DNA of 64,000 nt, taken from contig JAEEMI010000025.1 in assembly GCA_016283155.1 (NCBI GenBank), positions 802 through 64,801 on the forward strand, written 5' to 3'. A program made the translations under genes and the position numbers. The DNA is from Clostridia bacterium (GTDB lineage Bacteria; Bacillota; Clostridia; Christensenellales; UBA1242). Positions 30,601 through 39,600 of this stretch are shown here, one piece after another (position 1 is the first letter of the stretch; each line of letters begins with the position of its first letter). Below the pieces are notes generated by a model. That model made no database searches. It worked only from the letters and a program-made list of their open reading frames with translations, and had not been told where the DNA came from.

Positions 30601-33600
30601 GGTTTAACTAAATATGCAATTTGAGCTTTCGCAATACTAATCTTTGCATAATATCCGGTAAAGTCTTCAATATTATCACTACCCGTCACTTTAACCCATA
30701 AATAATAATCAATTGCATTTTTACCAGTTATCCTACTTAAATCGGTAACCCAAGCATTTGCATTTGTCGGACCTGCGTTAGTTTCACTACCAGTACCTAA
30801 TCCCCAACGCACAACTATGTTCGGATTATAAGTTTCCAGATTAACATCGCCAACACTTGCATTAATTTTAATCGTTAATTTACCTTCAGTATTTGGTGTT
30901 AAGTCAGCCAAAACTTGATTTTTACCAATGTATGATAAACCACTGTGTGTGTTGATACCATAAAAATAACTTTTGGTTAAAATTGCTTTAGTAATTACTG
31001 CTTTTTCATTCGGGTTATCAATGGCATAGCAACGCATATAATCAGCAATGTTATATTGACCATTTTTGGGATTTGGTTTACCAGTAACTTTTACCCAGAT
31101 ATAATAATTGCCAGCATTACGTGCCTTTAAAGCATCAAGATTATTTTCATCAACCCATTCTGCTGGAGCGATGCTAGGATCACTCGAATAGCCATATTCA
31201 ATTTTACTATAATCATTGGTACTATTTAATGTATAACCATTACTAAACTTTTGAACAACAATATTGTAATTATCATTCGTTTTTCCAACCAAGGTATGTT
31301 CTGCCCCATTATAAGTCGATGAAGTGAAAGTCATACCACTTAAAGTGGTCTTACGTAACTCAGATTGCGGATCCGCTTGGGCAATTGTAACTGAACCAAT
31401 GTAGCGAGGTTCTAATGCAGTGTGACTTGTACCTTGATTAAATTTAAGCCAAATATAATAAGTTCCCGCGTGAAGTTGTACTAGGTTGCTACCAGTAATT
31501 GTATAATGCCAAGTATTATCTGATGTCGTACCTGTTTGTGTTCTAACATCAGGGCTACCACTAATGTAATAATATGCCCTACCCATATCACCAACTAGTT
31601 GGTTACCATTCTTCAATCTAACCGTGGCACCAGTCTTAATGATACGTTGATTTTTTCCATTATAGGTTAAGTCATAGAATTCTGGTGCGATAACATCAAG
31701 GTAACGTTCATCAACACGATAAATTTCAGCATAATTCGGAGCTACAAACATCGCATAGATTAACGGAATTGTTCCATCAATATTTTGATAATTATTACCA
31801 GATTTAAGTGCCAACTTAACGTATAATTGATAATTACCAACTGCTAAGGCTTTAGCGGATAAAATTGCTTTCCAAGAATCATCTGTGGCCAATGGAGCTG
31901 ATTCGGTCGTAGTTTTGAAGCAATATTTAACATTACCAATGTCAATCTCGTCAGTAACATCATAACCACCAATTGAAACTTTTAATTCACCCGCAATCAA
32001 GCCATCGTTGTAACCTTGATTTGCTCCATTAAACATTACACTTAAACCAGTAATTCCAGAAATACTTAGTTCAGAATATTCGGCTTTTTCAATTTTAATT
32101 GCATCACGCGTACTACCATCATTAGTAGCATATGTTGTCAAACATTGTCTAATAGTTTCAAAGTTGCTGCCACCATCATCTTCAAACATAATCCACAAAT
32201 AATATGTACCATATTTGGATTTGGTTAAAGTTTCCCAACTTGTATGCCAACCATTTAATGATTTATTACTTGGATCAGGAGAATTAGTACTACTATCATT
32301 CAAAGCATAATAAACATTTCCTTTACGGTCATTTTCCATTGGATTATAACCAGAAACAACATTACCATTGGCATCACGTTTTTGAACTTCGACAACCAAA
32401 TTAAAATCACTAATCATTTGACGTTCTAAACTATTGTAATGATAGGTTTGTCCACTATAAGTCGTTTTTTTCAAACTAATTGAATTTGCATCGGCAGGTT
32501 TAATTGTGATTGTATTTAATTCAAAACAAACTGGATTTAAAGCATTATGGTTATCGCCAGCTTCAACCTTAATCCAAGGATAATAAGTACCTACCTGACG
32601 AATAGTAACATCACTATAATTAGTTTTCCATTCGCTAGGTGCTGGTTCAATTTCTGGATTAGTTGAAACACCATATTTGATTACACCCAAAGCACCATAA
32701 GTAGTGTCTGATTTATGATTAGTATATTTAATCTTAGTAGTACCATTACTTTCTTTTAAATAAATTTTGTTACCATTTACTTCATAATACAAACTATAAT
32801 CCATCTCATTCAAGAAAACTTGATATTCCGATGCTGTATAAATTAAATTATCATTTTCCTCAGTTACTAAATTACTGTTTTCAACCTCAACTTTTTTAAT
32901 TTCAACCGTAATAAATACAGTAGCTGAATCAATCGGACCAACATTATCTCCCATATTACGTGTATCTGGTTTGAAATATAAATGATAAGAACCTGCAGCA
33001 GTTTTTTGGGTCAGATTAGCATACGGAACAAAACTATTTTGTGTATCTTCCCAACTATAAAGCAAATTAATTTCCGTCATTTGATGAGTTGTTTGATTCT
33101 CATATTGAGCCGAACCTTGGTTAAAGAGGTCATCATTACTGATAGCGTGCCCCGTATAATACACGTTGTTTTTCTTTGAAGGCATCGTCTTAATTGAAGC
33201 ATTGGTTTGACTAATTGAAACTTCAACATACGGGTAATTCGTTTGATTCGCCTCTAATGTCAACGCATTAAAGATAGTAACACCATTTTCGGTATATGTA
33301 GCACCGCGATAATAAATACGATAAGTTCCAGCAGCAACTCTCGTTAAAGACGTTGCATTTTCTGTCCAACTAGTACTTACACCTTCTAGCCAGTACTCTA
33401 CCGCTGGTTTTGTTTGTGTACTCTTCGTAATCAATTGATGTGCGGTTTGTGTATCAGTCACCAAGCCAGTAATTTGTTTCGGTGGAATTTGTACAAACGA
33501 CGTTGTCGGAATAATTTCCGCACTGCCAAGATCATAATATTTTACAGCATAAACGCTGGTTGTATTGTTAATTGTAATTTTTAACCATAAATGATAGACA

Positions 33601-36600
33601 CCAATATCTGTTACTTTGGCTGCAGCAATTGTATTTTGCCAACCACCCGTAGTAGCAGCAACAGTAGTTTCATTATCATCTTTAGTTAATAAATATTTAA
33701 AGGTTGTTGAAGACGAATAATTAACACCATTAATTTGAACTACTGGAGTTTCGTCTGCTTCAAATAATTGTTGTTGGACACCTTTAAATTCTATATCAGT
33801 AAAAGTATATTGATACTGATGTTGACTAACTCCACCATAATATTTTGCGACTTTAGATTGGTTAGTTAAACTGACCAAACTACTTGCATCAGAATTTTTC
33901 TTAACTTGGAAACTAATTTTAGTTCCCACAACAGCATTGTTTTGATAGGTATTATTATCAATTTGATAGATTTTAGAACCAGCCGCAACATTGGCACTAC
34001 CCGACCAGCTTATCCATAAATAATACGTATCAACATTTTTTACGACAAGACTGCTGTAATTAGCTAATGTATAATAAGTACCAGTCATCGTTGTTTGATT
34101 ATTGCAAACACCAATTTTAAATGCATTAGATGCAGCAAATGATGTAGTAAGATTGTTAATAGTTGTGGTTGTATCTGTACTTGAACTATTAACCTTAACC
34201 GTCGGCGTCGAAGAAGCCTTAATTACTTTTTGGTTAGTATTACTAAATGTTAAAGAATAAGTTTTATAACCATCTGCAGTAGTGCTTGAAGTTTGTGGTT
34301 CAAAACTAAGGCCAGTAAAATAATAATTAGTAAAGTTTGTTAATTGTGTAATTTTAAAGCTACCATAAACACGTCCCGTCGTTTCAGTTAAGTTATCACT
34401 TTGATTCCATTTAATCCATAAATAATAAGTGCCAACATCAGTTTTTGTCGGTAATTCCGCAACCGTACTTTTCCAATCATTATCGACCGTAGGTGCTGTC
34501 GTTCCGTCAGAATTAATTGCGTATTTGACACCCGAATAGATTAACGATTGATCAAATGATACTGTAGCACCTGATTTTACAATTTTATATGAACTACCCT
34601 TGTAAACACTGCTACCATTTTTAATATCAGCAGAAGTTGATCCAGTAATTGTCAATCCTTTCATTGTCACATTTGTAGCATCATAACGGGTAACATTAAT
34701 TGTGGCAGCTTTAAAGATGACACCATTCTGTAAACTGTTGTGCGATAATACACTAAACCACAAATACCACGTACCTGCTGTACTGGTGCTTAAGTTTTTA
34801 ATTGCCGTATTCAAACTGGATGCAGTTGTACAATCGTTAAACGAACCTAACGCTGATTCATCGCTTTCTTGAGTAAACAAATATCCTAATTGGTTATATT
34901 CAACGTTATTGTTCACATAATTATTACTAGTAATTCCGTTATATTGATTATTGTTAAATACACTTAAATTAATATTTTGATTGGCATTAAATGGTTTTGC
35001 AGAACCATTAGCATTAATTGCCGATGAGGTTAAGGTTAAACCACTAATCGTGATACCACTGATTGAATCAGTTTGTAAAATCTTAAACACAAAACTGGTC
35101 GTACTTCCTGCAATTTGTTTACTGTAAGTTTTTCCGGCTTTTGGTGTACAAGTAAATTGCAAAGTGTATGTACCAGCGTTAGTCACTGAATTATCTGGAG
35201 TTAAATTTTCAGTAGCACCATTATAACCCACATACGTTAATACAGTTTGAACATCTACCCAAGTGTCATCGGTACCACTATTTGATGAAACAACGTATTG
35301 ATTACCAGCATAGATTTTGTGTGGCAAACCATCATAAACAACATCATTGTTTTTACTAATACTTACCGAATATGTGGCTTTACCAATTGTCGTATACAAC
35401 CCAGTACAGCCCCAACCAACTTCATTATATGAGGCTGTGGCATCAGCACGATACCACAAATAATATTTGATTTGATTACCACTGTCATTATATGCTGTGG
35501 TTTTGGTTAAGGCACTAATATCGGTACTTACAACATCTTTGTCACCAGGTGCGACCGTATTTGATTGTGTGATGGCGTAATAAATTGTAGCTTTTTCGTC
35601 TTTTACAGTATCGGTTGATAAATATACTTGACTAGCAGCTCCAGTAAAGAGTTGTTGATCAGCATTGTTATAAATCAAACCACTAATACCATTCAAACTT
35701 CCACGATTAATTCCACCGCCAGTTTTACCAATCGTCACCGTAATGGCTTGAACATAACTATTTTCGTAACCATATACATCCTGTATGTACCAAGAAATGG
35801 TATAAGCAGTGGCTTTGATACCTTTAAATGAATCAGCATTCCACTCGATAAAGCTACTACTATCATTCATTCGGTACATAAACGTACCTGTATATCCCGA
35901 TTTAAACGAACCAGGCGTAATCAAATTTTGTGCTACACCTGTAAACGATAAATTGTTAATTTTTTGTGGTGCTACATAATGTGTTCCTGCTTTCAATTGA
36001 GCTTTGGCAACAGTTAACGAAATGTAGCCCATTCCACTGTCCAAATAATCAGCGTCACCTTGAACGTAATATTCAATGGTGTAATAACCGGGGTCATTAA
36101 CCGTGATATCTTTATAGTTGTATGTAGCAGTAGATACCCAGCCATTTGCGCCACTAATCACATCAGTACCTTTACCAGTAACATTACCATTGGCATCGAT
36201 AATACTTTGGTACATCTCAATTGGTTCACCGGCATTATTAACAACACGGTATTGCATTTTACCGTGTACTGGAACACCGCCAGATTGTAACAACATAATC
36301 GGGGCACCATCTTTATACACCAAGCTAGTACCAGCACTAGCTTTTGGTTCTTGACCAGCACTAATACTTGCGGCCGCCGCACCAATCGTTACATCAAACC
36401 AACTGACATCGGTTTCGTGATAATCATAATATAATCTGACACCACTATCCGTAGCACTGACAAATCGATATTGCACCGTATAGGTACCGGGTAAACCACG
36501 TTTTAACAAATCGGGATATACACCAGTACCCCAGTCATCAAACCAATCGGCATCTGCCCCTTGATTGGCATCACCCTTGATCCGATATTGCAATTTACCA

Positions 36601-39600
36601 ATTGTTTTACCACCTGTATTCGTCTTCAAACTACCTTGATTGAACAACGCCTTTTGCACCGCAGCGCCATTATTACCAGTTGTATAGACTAAATCTGTAC
36701 CGACTTTTGCTGTCGGTTTAGTAATTAATGAAGTCGCCGAGCCTTTATTAATAGTAACGGTAAAGAATTGAACCGGCGTGTCATAATAACATTTATATCC
36801 ACCGACAGTTTTACCTTCAATGTAATATTCAACCTTATACGTATTTGGCAATTCGGCCTCAATTTTTGAACTATCATTGGTAAATGCCACCATTGCATTC
36901 GAAACGCCAACTTTGGATAATTGATACTTTAATGTTCCAGTACTTGTATCACTGGTTCCTGCATTACCTAATAAACTAAGTTTTGTTCCATTATACGCTA
37001 ATGTCGCAGTCGGTGCTGCCGGCTTGTTAGTATCGTTATTACCGTATTTGGCTTGTCCCTGATCAATGGTTACCATAAAGCTGCTTTCGGGGCTATTTTC
37101 ATAACCGGTACTTTTACCCTTTGCGTAGTAGGTGATAGTATATGATCCCGGATACGTTCCAACAATTTTACTGGTATCTGTCGTAAAGCCTACGTTGGTA
37201 CTGGGACCAGTAACTTTATAGTTCATTGTTCCCATTGCATTAGCCACGCCAACTTTTGAAAGTAGCCCTATTGAACTACCAACATAAGATAAACCACTCT
37301 TGCCTACAGGAGCGGTAACAACAGCCGCCTGATTTGACAGAATTGACGCCGAAATAGTACCAAGGTTACTGGTAGAATAATTACTTGATTTTGTAATCAC
37401 TTTAAATTCGATTGTATAATTGGCGACATCCTTTACCTTAATATAAGCTATGTTATTTGTCCATTCACCACTTGCAGTAGGAACGCCCGATACATTAAAT
37501 CGTTTTGCGGTATCAACCGTAGCACCTGATGGATTGGATACGGCAGTACCATTACTGTGTGGTATCACGGCTGAATATGCATTATTGGTTCCCTTTTTCA
37601 ATATGCGATAAATGATAAAACCATCATCAGCGCTAACACCAGCCTCAATTGTACTTAATAGTTGTTGATAACCATTATTAAACAATTTATCTTCCGCACT
37701 TGCCGCTGGCACACTGATTTGCAATTTCTGAATTGTCGCGATAATTGTACCAATCGCACTATTTTCACAATTATCAGTACTGTCAGCGGCAGCACGGTAT
37801 TGAATGTAATAATTCCCCGCGTTGGTACCCTTTAAATTTGCAGGCAACGTACTTGGCAAATCAGTCCACCCATCAGTTGGCCACTCGGGACTACCATTTG
37901 TGTATTTTGTAGGCACACGATATTGCATTTTCCAACCAATACCAACGCTACCATTATCAACTAACAAATTTTTTGACGTACCATCATACACTGATACCGT
38001 ATTTGGTGTTGGCGCAACGACAGTTGGTGTTCCTTTATAAACAGTAATTGAAATACTTTGTGGATCGCTATCAAGATAATTATTATCAGCAGCAACAATT
38101 TTATAATCTAAAATATAGTCACCGGCATTTGAAACAGTCATTTGGTTAATATCAGTATTCCAATTTTTACCAGTAATATATCCATTAACACCGTCACTTT
38201 GTTTTCTTAATTTGTATTGGATTGAACCCATTCTTTCTGTGGTTGAACCAAACTTAAAATTAACACTACCCTTCGTTGAATCTGATAACAATTTATGTGT
38301 CACAATTGTACCATCACTACCATAACTAACAGTGAAAGTTCGCGTTGGATTTGGGTAAGTGTCAATTGTTGCTTTATAAGCCGCAATCGTTACCGTCATT
38401 TCGTATGGAACATGTCCACTAAGCATAAAATATCCATCTGGCCAACCATCTTCACCTACAATATAATACTGGACCGTATAAGTACCGGCCGCCGTAGCCT
38501 TCATCTCATTAATATCAATAGCTGTTTGCCAATTACCAGACGTACCAATGCGGTAGCACACAGTTCCGTGATCCGCCGTACCAGGACTTTCTAATAATTG
38601 TTGAGGACTTCCATTGTAGACAAGACCAGTATAAGGAACCGGTTGTTGTGTTAAACAAGTAACAAGATCACCAACAGCTACTTCTATACTACGTATACCA
38701 GACCGGTTGAAATTTTCGTTACCATCTACGTAAAAATATACTCTATGTTTCCCCGATTCAATTGCTGTGACTGCTGTCCAATCATCTGTCCAACCATTTA
38801 CAAAATCTGTCGTTCCGTTAGATGATGGTATTTCATCAACTACGTAATAAATCTTTGACCCCATTTTGCATTTCACACCATTATTATTCATTACTTCTAT
38901 TATAGTCGCGGGCGACTCAAGTAAACAAAGCGGATCAGATGTATAATTCAAATTTTTAGCACCTGTTGGGTTTGTAGCGCCTGCATTGTTCTTGTTAATT
39001 ACAGCAGTAAAAGAAGTTATCGTCTCAAGGTAGTTTGTTGTTTCAGGAATTTTTGCCCAAACTGTATAATTACCAGCGTCAATGCCATAAATATTACTGT
39101 AGCTCGTATACGTACCGTTTTTATCCAGTGAAAACAATATATTAGTACCCGAATTAGTCTCGTTTGCATATCCAGTACTGCCCAAAAAATGAATCTCATT
39201 GCCATATTGATACTGATATGAATATATATTCGGTTTAGTTGTAAAACTATTCACGGCTTTGTCAATTCTTATCTCACCGTCCGTGTCAGTATTACCACCG
39301 GTCGCCCAAACATCATCGCTTTGTATATAATCATAACCATTAGTACTGTTTTGCGGACAAGCATTACACTTAACTTTGTATACACCTGCCGATTGCTGAC
39401 TGACATTCGATAATGTGTTAGTGGAAGAAGCTGAATTAGTACCAACACGATATGTTGTGTATTTTATATAATAAGCATTCGTAGGTACGTTTGCATTATT
39501 TGCAAGTTTTGTCGTTACACTTCCGCCCGAATCTAATAATTTTTGACTGTTTTTATTATAAATAATTGACGTACTTTTCAAAACAGGAGCACTGGCCGAA

